55,944 nt of DNA, taken from IMG/VR virus record IMGVR_UViG_3300032227_000475, positions 1 through 55,944 of that record. The stretch is one strand, 5' to 3'. Of this stretch, positions 10,252-18,442 are shown in pieces. A model generated the notes under the pieces. That model worked only from the letters and a program-made list of their open reading frames with translations, was not told the origin of the DNA and searched no databases. The DNA is from a virus (lineage: Duplodnaviria > Caudoviricetes). The position numbers were made by a program, and so were the translations under genes. Numbering within the stretch: position 1 is the first letter of the stretch; each line of letters begins with the position of its first letter.

Positions 10252-10989
10252 TCAATCCTTCCTGATCAGGTCGATGGCTTTTGCAATCTCCCAGCCCACA
10301 CCCTTGCCGGTGGTGAGGCCGACCGTTTTGACGATGTCTTCGAGCATGGCGACTGCGACGTCTTTGTCAGACTTGAAGAATGGTTTGGACCAAGGCCACG
10401 CTTCAACGATGAGTCGCTCCATCTCGCGCACGATCTGTCCGTACTCGCCTTGAGCGCGTAGCGACTTGCGTGCTTTGACCAAATCGGTGAGGGTGCGGAA
10501 ATTGTACTTGCACACGATGTTGCACTCGGTGTTCAGCGGCAGTATACCACGAGCATCCTCCAGCGCCACGCCCATTTTGACCAGCTCAGTGTAAAAGAAC
10601 TTGGACGAATCCACCGCTGCTCTGTATGCCATGCGCTGCTGTTCGTCCAGCTTTTCGCCTTCCACCACGCCGAAACTGGACGCATCCGTGACGCGCATCG
10701 ACTGCATGGCGTAGGACGCCGTGCGGGTGCGGGTTATTTGCTGCGCTACAGCGCGACTAACTCCGCTGAGTAGGAAAGTCACGTCCACGAACTCCCACGA
10801 GCTCTTGATGGTTTTAGCCATGTAATCCAGCTCTTGCTGTTTCTTGGCGGCGTCCCACGCCTTGACCTCTTTCATAAGCCCAGACGTCAGGTTCAGCCGG
10901 GTCTGCTTTGTGAATATCATCACGTCAGCCGCGTGCCACGTCTCGTCCTCGCGACCGATGCCGGTGAAATCGATAAGTTCAACTTTCAT
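10252..10989 (-). CDS. thyX: Flavin-dependent thymidylate synthase-like protein (divergent ThyX)
   Basis: SRAVAQQITRTRTASYAMQSMR (RHRx7S variant), EDARGILP, NFRTL, AQGE. Confidence 0.85.
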   Translation of the reverse strand: MKVELIDFTGIGREDETWHAADVMIFTKQTRLNLTSGLMKEVKAWDAAKKQQELDYMAKTIKSSWEFVDVTFLLSGVSRAVAQQITRTRTASYAMQSMRVTDASSFGVVEGEKLDEQQRMAYRAAVDSSKFFYTELVKMGVALEDARGILPLNTECNIVCKYNFRTLTDLVKARKSLRAQGEYGQIVREMERLIVEAWPWSKPFFKSDKDVAVAMLEDIVKTVGLTTGKGVGWEIAKAIDLIRKD

Positions 10990-11115
10990 AATGTCTGCTC
11001 ACTTTCTTTTGTAAGGTTGCGGTAATCTGCAGGATCTGCTCTGCGTTGAAGTTGCTCGTTCGGATGTATTCGTCGATGACTGTGCATGCGAAGTTCACGC
11101 CGCGATCGAAGCAGT

Positions 11116-12030
11116 CTACACCCTGGAAGTGGCAAGTTTCCTCGTGTAAGAGTCCGCGTTCATCAGTCTCTTGATCACATTCAGGTCTTGCAGGACGTCG
11201 TCCAAGAGTATGTTGCGCCATGTTGCGAATCTCCCTAGAGAATAGATTGAGTGTTTCTGAGACAATCGCTCCACCACGAACCGTCGGAACCGTTCGTCGA
11301 TCGGAGCGATCTTGCCGTAGCTTTGCTTGTGGGTTGCGTCGATCGGCACGACTGGCTCGTGCTTGTCCAGGATCCCGAACGAAGCCAACACATGCTCCAT
11401 GTTGACTTCCAGGTAAGCAGGGTCGTCAACTGATTCCACGATCAACAGATCGCCGGTGATCGAAGCTCGGTAAGCCGCAGTGTGTGAAGAGGGGTAGTAG
11501 ATCGTCTGGAACACGTCGGCACGGGGGATCCGGAACCGTTGCACGCGGATCGGCGAGAACTTGAACTGAGTGTTGTCGGGGTTGTCGAAATTGACCAAAC
11601 TCATGACTCGGTTCATCGGGATCGTGCTGATGATCGGGCGCGACTCGGGGAGTTCAGTGACGGGTGTGTTCCACGACACGCGGTCACCGACCTGCTCGAT
11701 CAGCCGCAGGATAAAGTCCTCCGGCGCGATGAACCTGTCCACCGCCTCTGTTTTCCAGATCGACCGATCGAAGTACCCGCCAGTGACTTTGTACGAGTAC
11801 ATGTTCGACAGCTGGATGTCGGGGAAGCAGTACTGCCCCTGATACCAGATGCCCTTGTTCACGCGGATCTTGCGGAACGGGATGCCCACCGCATCCCCCA
11901 CCGCCGAGCTACGGAACCGGAGCACTGCCCGGTGCGACTGAGCGTCTTGCGACGCCGCCTCGAAGACCTTTGCTTGCGGGTTGAGCGCCGCAGCGATCAA
12001 CCCACTCAGGCCAGCGCCCAGAATGATCAT
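11116..12030 (-). CDS. FAD-dependent oxidoreductase (Rossmann fold, UDP-galactopyranose mutase/protoporphyrinogen oxidase-like)
   Basis: MIILGAGLSGLIAA...VFEA dinucleotide-binding motif, IISTIP, C-terminal LGRFATW; start overlaps DUF932 stop (ATGA). Confidence 0.8.
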   Translation of the reverse strand: MIILGAGLSGLIAAALNPQAKVFEAASQDAQSHRAVLRFRSSAVGDAVGIPFRKIRVNKGIWYQGQYCFPDIQLSNMYSYKVTGGYFDRSIWKTEAVDRFIAPEDFILRLIEQVGDRVSWNTPVTELPESRPIISTIPMNRVMSLVNFDNPDNTQFKFSPIRVQRFRIPRADVFQTIYYPSSHTAAYRASITGDLLIVESVDDPAYLEVNMEHVLASFGILDKHEPVVPIDATHKQSYGKIAPIDERFRRFVVERLSQKHSIYSLGRFATWRNILLDDVLQDLNVIKRLMNADSYTRKLATSRV

Positions 12031-12764
12031 ACAAACTCCTCGGCGATTTCCCACAGCTTCATGTTGACCTTCACGCTGTTGTCCATGGCGCGGATGCCGT
12101 GCGTGCGGGTGTTGCGTCCGGTGGCAGACCGACCGACCACGCCGCCCTTGATCATGTTTTCCTGGATGCGGTTGAACACGCACCACAGATCGTCACCACT
12201 GTCCTCGGGGCGGCGGGACTCCAGCAGCGAGTGGGGCATAACCCGGCCACCCCAGAATGCAGAAGCCAGCACCGAGAACTGCATCTTTTCAGACTGGTTG
12301 AGGATGCGGTCCTTGAAAATGTCCACGCGGCGAGCAGCCTCTTTGGCCCCCTGAATGACGCGGTTGGCCTCGTCCAGCACCCGGTCGGCGGTGACTTCGA
12401 CGTGACGGATCCGTGCCGAGCTGATGTCCTGCGACTTGACGATCAGACCGTTAGAGCACACCATGCGGAACAGGCCAGCTTCCATACGCAAGGACGATGA
12501 CCCATCGTTGGCGTTGATCACGAGGATCTCGGGCACGGATCCGTTGACTTCGCCCAAGTGCTGCTCGTGGCGCATACGCACAAAGTGCCGCACCATGCGG
12601 GGGTCGCGCACCCGTGGTTTGAGCGAGTTGGTGGCGGTGACGATGAAGCCCTCGTCGCGCATGAGATTCACGACAGCTTCGGTGCTGATTAGGTCGTACT
12701 TGCTCGACAGCTTGCCGAACTTGACACCGTCGGTGGCGGCTGGTGGAAGAATGAGCTCAGACAT
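12027..12764 (-). CDS. DUF932/DUF945 family protein
   Basis: PEILVINANDGSSSL, AGLFRMVCSNGLIV, LWCVFNRIQENMIKGG, NMKLW. Confidence 0.85.
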   Translation of the reverse strand: MSELILPPAATDGVKFGKLSSKYDLISTEAVVNLMRDEGFIVTATNSLKPRVRDPRMVRHFVRMRHEQHLGEVNGSVPEILVINANDGSSSLRMEAGLFRMVCSNGLIVKSQDISSARIRHVEVTADRVLDEANRVIQGAKEAARRVDIFKDRILNQSEKMQFSVLASAFWGGRVMPHSLLESRRPEDSGDDLWCVFNRIQENMIKGGVVGRSATGRNTRTHGIRAMDNSVKVNMKLWEIAEEFV

Positions 12765-12769
12765 TTGGA

Positions 12770-13096
12770 TTACCCTTTGAAAGAAAAGATTACAACAGCT
12801 AAAAACCAGATAACAGCAAAGGCAAGGATCGCCATGATACGCATATGAATCTCATTCGAATCCTTTTGCTTCTGCACGGGATACGGGCGGTTCATAAGGT
12901 CGCTGACCTTGACCATCACTTTGGGAGGCTCAGGAGGAGCTTCTTGCGCAGCGAGTAATTTCTCGCGCTCGACTTTGCTCCTGATCTGGTAAACATACGG
13001 AGTTGAACAGTCGGCAAGACGAGCGATCTGCCGCGCAGTCAGGCCCCCTTTTTGCAAAAGCTCGCGGATGGTCCGCTCGCGGGTGATTTTAGGCAT
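12770..13096 (-). CDS. HTH protein with C-terminal transmembrane helix
   Basis: LTARQIARLADCSTPYVYQIR helix-turn-helix; IMAILAFAVIWFLAVVIF hydrophobic tail. Confidence 0.6.
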   Translation of the reverse strand: MPKITRERTIRELLQKGGLTARQIARLADCSTPYVYQIRSKVEREKLLAAQEAPPEPPKVMVKVSDLMNRPYPVQKQKDSNEIHMRIMAILAFAVIWFLAVVIFSFKG

Positions 13097-13292
13097 TGTC
13101 GTCTTCCTTGGTTTGCTGGTTGAGAGTGTATTGCAGGGCGGCGATCAGGAGTTTGGTTTCCCATTGGCTGAAGTACGTCCCAGTGGACCAGCCGTTTTGC
13201 ATCAGGTGCAGCCAAACACCTTTGTCGCCTTGCCAGTCCTGCACCGAAACTCGGATGCCTTGGTCGGTTTTGATTAGAGTATTGGTTGTCAT
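13089..13292 (-). CDS. Hypothetical early protein
   Basis: ORF preceded by ACTGGAGCAACTGAAATG RBS. Confidence 0.6.
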   Translation of the reverse strand: MTTNTLIKTDQGIRVSVQDWQGDKGVWLHLMQNGWSTGTYFSQWETKLLIAALQYTLNQQTKEDDNA

Positions 13293-13319
13293 TTCAGTTG
13301 CTCCAGTTGATAAGTTGAG

Positions 13320-13595
13320 TTAGGCCAGCTGGCCGAGTTCTTCAGCAACGAACTCCACCGCCCACGAATGATCAGGTTCGTCGATGAGCTTGGCGACCCA
13401 CTCGGTGGCGCGGTGGAAGCCGAAAGCGTCGAGAGCTTTGGCGTTTGCGTGAGTGACGAATCGCTCAACAAGCATCGTGCGGTTGAACTCGCTGTCGTCC
13501 ATCGCCGGGTCCAAGTCCTCGTCGAACTCGGGAGGAGACATGTTGTCGTAGGCCCACTGAGCGGATGCGAAGCTGATTGTCTTGATTTTGAACAT
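13320..13595 (-). CDS. Hypothetical early protein
   Basis: RBS GGAGAAACCGAAATG; AQWAYDNMSPPE motif; first gene downstream of a promoter. Confidence 0.65.
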   Translation of the reverse strand: MFKIKTISFASAQWAYDNMSPPEFDEDLDPAMDDSEFNRTMLVERFVTHANAKALDAFGFHRATEWVAKLIDEPDHSWAVEFVAEELGQLA

Positions 13596-13634
13596 TTCGG
13601 TTTCTCCGGTTGGTTACTGTTTGTCAGTCAGGTC

Positions 13635-13678
13635 ATTATCTCTCGGAAAGTTCCACAAGGCAACAACTATTTTCATAA
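13635..13678 (-). promoter_or_regulatory. sigma70-type early promoter
   Basis: Minus strand TTGCCT (13663-13658), 17 bp, GATAAT (13640-13635), with upstream ATGAAAATAGTTG element. Confidence 0.8.
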
Positions 13679-13698
13679 TTCTTGCCCTGCGACTAATT

Positions 13699-14040
13699 TT
13701 ATTTGGCGGGGACCACCTTGATGTCGGCGCGACCGTCTTTGCGGAAGGTGTCGAGCACGTCGTCGGTGATGCCGTACTTTACGCACAGCTTGCCGTAGTC
13801 GACGGTGCCTTTGACAGCGACGAGCTGGACGGTGACCTCGTGCAGCTCGCCCTTAAACGGCACGTACTTGCCGTTGATGTCCTTGGCGGACTCGCCGTAC
13901 TTGTTGGCGATGTCGTCTTTCATCTTCTTGACGCGCTCGGCCATCGCCTTGGCTTGCTGGTCGAGGATGTACAGAGCGTCGATGTCGTTGGTCAGCGAGC
14001 TGATCAGGGCGTCGACTTCGAAGTTGGTGACTGCATTCAT
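13699..14040 (-). CDS. Hypothetical early protein
   Basis: RBS ACTGGAGAAACCGAAATG; strongly biased codons; own promoter upstream. Confidence 0.7.
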   Translation of the reverse strand: MNAVTNFEVDALISSLTNDIDALYILDQQAKAMAERVKKMKDDIANKYGESAKDINGKYVPFKGELHEVTVQLVAVKGTVDYGKLCVKYGITDDVLDTFRKDGRADIKVVPAK

Positions 14041-14095
14041 TTCGGTTTCTCCAGTTGGGGTCGGTTGGTACTGCGTTTTCGTTCGCAGTGAATGA

Positions 14096-14138
14096 AGTAT
14101 GCCTCAGCAATTTTCAGAAAGCAACAACTATTTTCATA
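14096..14138 (-). promoter_or_regulatory. sigma70-type early promoter
   Basis: Minus strand TTGCTT (14124-14119), 17 bp, CATACT (14101-14096), same upstream ATGAAAATAGTTG element. Confidence 0.8.
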
Positions 14139-14637
14139 TTTCGCAAACTTTTTTTGAGTGCATCCAGCCGGGCATGCCATAGGTCGAACGGTCCCAGGTC
14201 ATCCAATCGTTCTGGTCGTACTTTTGCTGGTAGTACTTGCGGTACGCCTCAACAGGGTCGGCGTCTTTGCAATCATCGGGCATACACAGTGCAAATGGGA
14301 CGCTAGGCGCACGCGTGAGCTTGGGTGGTACCTTGCTGAGCTCGCCCGAGAAAAGAGCGGCGCAGGCGTGTTCCTTGCCGTAACGCATGCGGTACTGCTT
14401 AGCGAGCGATTGCCCGAGCTGAAGAAGCCAGCGATAATTGGCGAACGAAGCAGCAGCCCACTGCACGCAAGGGTGGTTCTGGTGGGTGGGCTTGTACGTA
14501 ACAGCGTCGCCGTTGCCGTGGATGTGGTGCACGGTCGCGAGGATCTGGGCAGTTTCGAGCGTCATCTTGACGACGTGCACGTCGGAGTGGAACGCGGCAG
14601 CGAGTGGGGCTGAAGAGTGAAGTACGAAGATGTTCAT
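14134..14637 (-). CDS. Pyrimidine-dimer DNA glycosylase family (endonuclease V / Pyr_excise-like)
   Basis: MNIFVL...HVVKMTLETAQIL...YKPTHQNHPCVQW...NYRWL...DPVEAYRKYY; start at 14637 with GGAG RBS. Confidence 0.75.
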   Translation of the reverse strand: MNIFVLHSSAPLAAAFHSDVHVVKMTLETAQILATVHHIHGNGDAVTYKPTHQNHPCVQWAAASFANYRWLLQLGQSLAKQYRMRYGKEHACAALFSGELSKVPPKLTRAPSVPFALCMPDDCKDADPVEAYRKYYQQKYDQNDWMTWDRSTYGMPGWMHSKKVCEI

Positions 14638-14684
14638 GCTGTTGCTCCTGTTGGGACCGGCTGTACTGCACAACCGATGAGTGA

Positions 14685-14718
14685 AGTATGCAGCAACTTT
14701 TCGACGAAAGCAACAACT
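14685..14718 (-). promoter_or_regulatory. sigma70-type early promoter
   Basis: Minus strand TTGCTT (14713-14708), 17 bp, CATACT (14690-14685), upstream AGTTG shared with the other two. Confidence 0.78.
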
Positions 14719-14737
14719 TTATGAAAATATTTTTCAC

Positions 14738-15217
14738 ATGAAAGAATCCGCACTCTGGGCGTCGTTGAAAGGTGCGGCGTTACTGCCCTTTGCGGTGCGG
14801 GTAGAGTCACCCGGCAGTCCGGGAATGCCGGACGTGTACTTCGCTCTGGGCAACGGGGTGACCGGGTGGATCGAACTCAAGGTAGTGCCCGACGAGCGTC
14901 GCGCCCCGATCGCTCAAGGCACCGGGCACGGGCAGCTGCGTCCGTTGCAAGTGCTCTGGGCTCAGCAAGCGTCTGCGCAGAATATTTTCACAAATCTGTT
15001 GCTTTACCACCAAAACCGAGCGATACTTGTTGCAGGTCGAGATGTAAAGCCGCTCTTGGGCGAACCTCTCGACTCGGTTCTAGACCGAGCGTTGTGGGTG
15101 GGCAGCCCCACTCCACGCAACCGCTGGACCAACTTACTGGAGAAACTGGATCAACATGGAAAATCTACCCTTATTTGCATGGCAGCAACGCGCACTGACG
15201 GAAGCGTCGGGTCGTGA
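14738..15217 (+). CDS. VRR-NUC / Holliday-junction-resolvase-like PD-(D/E)xK nuclease
   Basis: MKESALW...RVE...GMPDV...WIELK...LRPLQ; upstream of SNF2 helicase. Confidence 0.75.
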   Translation: MKESALWASLKGAALLPFAVRVESPGSPGMPDVYFALGNGVTGWIELKVVPDERRAPIAQGTGHGQLRPLQVLWAQQASAQNIFTNLLLYHQNRAILVAGRDVKPLLGEPLDSVLDRALWVGSPTPRNRWTNLLEKLDQHGKSTLICMAATRTDGSVGS

Positions 15218-16442
15218 ATCTTATGGCCTGTTCAGCGACCCCGGCACCGGGAAAACCTATTGCGCGTTGCGCATTGCAGCTAAGTGGACCGACAGTGCCG
15301 TAGTGATCTGCCCGTTGTCAGTCAAGTCGCAGTGGGTCAAGGAAGGATACCGAGTCGGACTGTACATCAAGGTGTACCACTACGAGCAGTTGCGCAATGC
15401 GACGTACTTCCACGAGATCGCTCACTACCTGAAGACCGAGAACTGCACGCTAATCCTCGACGAGAGCCACCGTATCAAGAACCCAAGCACCGTTACAACC
15501 AAAGCTGTGCTCAAGCTCGCTCCGATCGCCGTGCGGCGGCTGGCTCTGACCGGCACCCCGACAGCCAACTCGCCAGCGGATCTCTGGACGCAGTTCAAGT
15601 TCCTGCAGCCCAACCGTCGGCTGGAGCCTTATAAGGACTTCCAAGCCGAGTACCTGCATGCACTGCCGCCCGATCACCCGCTGGTGAAACGCATCCCGGG
15701 CAACCCGTTCATCCCGCGCAAGGACAGCTACGGCAAGCTCATGACGAAGAACATTGCAAAGCTCAAGAAGCGAGTTCTCGAGTACGGCTGCACCGTGCAG
15801 CTCAAAGACGTGGTGGAGCTGCCCGAGCGCACATTCCTGCGGCGTGTATGCGTGGGTGCCAAAGCACTCATGAAGTCGTACAAAGAGCTCGAGAAGAACT
15901 ACGTAGCGCAATTCCAAAACGAAGAGATCACAGCGCAGAATGCGGCGGTGCTGGTTGGCCGACTTACCCGTATGTCGAGTGGGTTGGGCCATGCAGACAT
16001 GAAGAGTCAATACGAGAACACCAAGCTCTGGGAGCTGTACGACGATATCGGTGCATACGTGGCGGCTGGAAAATGCATCGTCTGGAGTGTTTGGGTGCAG
16101 GAGCGCAACGACGCAATGGACGTACTGTGCGAAGCTGGCTACCGAGTCACGCTTGACCCGCAAGAGTTTATCGAAGGCGACTACGACATCCTGCTGGGTT
16201 CGCCCAAGATGTTCGGCACCGGGTTGAACTTGCAGTGCGCCAAGTACCAGTTGTGGTTGTCGCGCTCTTGGTCCTTGCTGGAGCGCGAACAGGCGCTGGC
16301 GCGGAACTACCGGGCTGGCCAAACCGAAAAGACAATCGTTGTGGATTACATCACCGCTGACACCATCGACGAGCGTGTGCTCACTGCCCTGGAAAACAAA
16401 ACCGACCTGCTCAACGAAATCATGTCCACAGGAGTGCTTTGA
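15156..16442 (+). CDS. SNF2-family DNA helicase
   Basis: DPGTGKT Walker A, LILDESH Walker B, LTGTP, GTGLNLQ, QALARNYRAGQ. Confidence 0.9.
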   Translation: MENLPLFAWQQRALTEASGRESYGLFSDPGTGKTYCALRIAAKWTDSAVVICPLSVKSQWVKEGYRVGLYIKVYHYEQLRNATYFHEIAHYLKTENCTLILDESHRIKNPSTVTTKAVLKLAPIAVRRLALTGTPTANSPADLWTQFKFLQPNRRLEPYKDFQAEYLHALPPDHPLVKRIPGNPFIPRKDSYGKLMTKNIAKLKKRVLEYGCTVQLKDVVELPERTFLRRVCVGAKALMKSYKELEKNYVAQFQNEEITAQNAAVLVGRLTRMSSGLGHADMKSQYENTKLWELYDDIGAYVAAGKCIVWSVWVQERNDAMDVLCEAGYRVTLDPQEFIEGDYDILLGSPKMFGTGLNLQCAKYQLWLSRSWSLLEREQALARNYRAGQTEKTIVVDYITADTIDERVLTALENKTDLLNEIMSTGVL

Positions 16443-16443
16443 A

Positions 16444-16779
16444 ATGTCAAGAGTGTTTGTCACGAGCAATCGGATGCGGAAAGACCACGCAACCGGCACG
16501 CTCAAACCAATTGTCGACCTGCGACCCGCCGAGAAATGGGGATCACTCAACTCGGTGTTTGACCACGAGATGGAACCCACCGAAGTCGACGACGTGCGCC
16601 AAGCAGCGCACCGGCTGAAAGACTTCGACCCCGACGAGGATTACGTGCTGCCCAATGGGTCGCCCATCGCTACGCTGGCAACGGGTATGATCCTCGGTGA
16701 CAAGGGGATGGACTCGATCCAGACACTGGTTTGGGATAAGATCCATATGAAGTATGTACTAGGAGTGATCGAACTGTGA
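16444..16779 (+). CDS. Hypothetical protein
   Basis: Start MSRVF with GGAG RBS; fills gap between helicase and DUF2800. Confidence 0.7.
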   Translation: MSRVFVTSNRMRKDHATGTLKPIVDLRPAEKWGSLNSVFDHEMEPTEVDDVRQAAHRLKDFDPDEDYVLPNGSPIATLATGMILGDKGMDSIQTLVWDKIHMKYVLGVIEL

Positions 16780-17744
16780 GCACGCACGCAAAACTCTCCC
16801 CTTCTGGTAGCTCGCGTTGGCTCGCGTGTCCCGGCAGTGTATGGCTCACCGAGCAAGCTCCGCGTCAGGCATCTTCGGCAGCGGCTGACGAGGGCACCGA
16901 CGCGCACGAGTGGGCCGCGAAGATCCTGCTCAACGCGGCAGACCGGGAGAATCCGTACCGTGACGTCGAAATGTACGTCAACCGGGTGCGTGCCTCGGCA
17001 GACCGCAAGGATGCCAAGTTGTGGATCGAGCAGCGGGTGTACGTCAACGACGACATTCACGGCACCCCGGACGCAGTTGTCTCGTACAAGAGCACGCTCG
17101 AAGTGTTCGACCTGAAGTACGGGTACAACAAAGTTGAAGCACGCGGCAACACGCAACTGATGATCTACGCAGCAGGGGCGATCAAGACGTACGGACTCAA
17201 CCCGCGTAAGGTGGTGTTGCATATCGTGCAACCTCGCGCAGGTGGGATCCGGTCAGCCGAGATGCCGCGCAAGACATTCGATGCAATTGTGAACTCGATC
17301 GTTGAGGCAGCTGCGGCGTTGCTGAAGAACCCCGACGCACCGCGCAAGGCGGGTGAGCACTGTCAGTACTGCCCAGCAGCGACTATTTGCCCCGAGCGCA
17401 AGGCCGAAGCGCACCACGCGGCGCAGATGGCTTTCCGTCCTGTGGACGAGCTGGACGAAGAGACAGTGCTGTGGGCTATCGAGAACCGCAAGCGCATCGT
17501 GGATTGGTTCGACCAGCTCATCGACGCCGCAATCGCTAAGCCACCACGAGGTTATGTGGCTGTCCAAAGTCAGGGCAGACGCGTGTGGCGCACGGACGTC
17601 GAAGTCCCGCTCGTGTTGAAGGCGATGACGCTCGCCGAGGCAGAAAAGGCGGGTTACCCTTTGGACGAACTTACGGTCAAAAAGCCGGGTCCGCTGACGC
17701 TGGTGCGCAAGGACGTCGACACCAGTTCGTTTCCCGACTTATGA
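16776..17744 (+). CDS. DUF2800 Cas4-like PD-(D/E)xK exonuclease
   Basis: HAKLSPSGSSRWLACPGS, EGTDAH, GTPD, DLKYG, NTQLMIYA, HCQYCPAATIC Fe-S cysteines. Confidence 0.88.
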   Translation: MSTHAKLSPSGSSRWLACPGSVWLTEQAPRQASSAAADEGTDAHEWAAKILLNAADRENPYRDVEMYVNRVRASADRKDAKLWIEQRVYVNDDIHGTPDAVVSYKSTLEVFDLKYGYNKVEARGNTQLMIYAAGAIKTYGLNPRKVVLHIVQPRAGGIRSAEMPRKTFDAIVNSIVEAAAALLKNPDAPRKAGEHCQYCPAATICPERKAEAHHAAQMAFRPVDELDEETVLWAIENRKRIVDWFDQLIDAAIAKPPRGYVAVQSQGRRVWRTDVEVPLVLKAMTLAEAEKAGYPLDELTVKKPGPLTLVRKDVDTSSFPDL

Positions 17745-17753
17745 TCTCGAAAA

Positions 17754-17803
17754 CACCCGCACCGTATGGCTGTAAAGTGCGGGTGCCTTTATCCCAGCCG
17801 TGT
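17754..17803 (+). promoter_or_regulatory. Predicted RNA pseudoknot in the leader of the SSB gene
   Basis: Stem CACCCGCAC (17754-62)/GTGCGGGTG (17777-85); loop GTATGGCTG (17764-72) can pair with CAGCCGTGT (17795-803) including G-U pairs. Confidence 0.55.
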
Positions 17804-17825
17804 TTGTGTAATGGAGTAATTTCTT

Positions 17826-18374
17826 ATGAGTAACATCTCACCTGTGGGTCGCATTTCCTTCCCTCACCTGTTCAAGCCGCAGCAAAACGATCGCGGCGAG
17901 AATGTATGGTCGGTGGTGGTGATCTTCGACAAAAAGGCGCAAGCCTCCGACGAGTTCAAAGCCATGGAAGCCGCAGTGCAGAATGCTGCGTCCGAGCGGT
18001 TCGGCGCGAAAGTCCCCGCAGGGGTCAAGCGCAAGTCGCTGGAGCCCAAGAGCGGGTATCCGATCACGCTGTGCGAAACCAAACCCGACTGGTTCGGCTG
18101 GGCTCCGGAAGGCGCAGTGATGATCACGTTCAGCAGCAAGTATCAACCCGTCGTGATCGATCGCTCGAAGCAAGAGATCCTCGACGCGGCTGAAGTTTAC
18201 GCTGGGCAAATGGGTCGAGTGCAGTGGACGACGTATGCTTACGACGCCTCCGGCAATCAGGGTGTGTCGTTCGGGCTGCGAGCCTACCAGAAGGTCAAGG
18301 ACGGCGAGGCGCTCTCTGGCGGCAAGCCGGACATCGGCGCATTCGGCGACCTGAAAGAAGAAGACGACTTCTAA
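17826..18374 (+). CDS. DUF2815 single-stranded DNA-binding protein
   Basis: GRISFPHLFKP, EVYAG, AYDASGNQGVSFGL, QKVKDGEALSG, acidic C-terminal tail (EEDDF). Confidence 0.88.
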   Translation: MSNISPVGRISFPHLFKPQQNDRGENVWSVVVIFDKKAQASDEFKAMEAAVQNAASERFGAKVPAGVKRKSLEPKSGYPITLCETKPDWFGWAPEGAVMITFSSKYQPVVIDRSKQEILDAAEVYAGQMGRVQWTTYAYDASGNQGVSFGLRAYQKVKDGEALSGGKPDIGAFGDLKEEDDF

Positions 18375-18386
18375 GTCAGGCGCAGC

Positions 18387-18422
18387 GGGGGCGTTGGGGC
18401 AACTCAGCGCCCCTCTTTTTTT
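18387..18422 (+). terminator. Rho-independent terminator
   Basis: GGGGCGTTGGG-GCAA-CTCAGCGCCCC hairpin followed by T-tract. Confidence 0.85.
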
Positions 18423-18442
18423 GATAAACTGAAACTCAGAAA

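Noticed and set aside
10979-11221. 80-aa ORF between flavoprotein and thyX
   Set aside because: Overlaps the flavoprotein 3' end by about 100 nt with no clear RBS; cannot be supported
15450-16580. Long antisense ORFs (also 28113..29093, 23480..24292, 33238..34026, 11539..12354)
   Set aside because: Shadows of well-supported genes on the opposite strand caused by codon bias; no motifs
16776-17744. Cas4 as part of a CRISPR-Cas system
   Set aside because: DUF2800-type phage nuclease in its usual SSB/helicase context; no other cas genes or array
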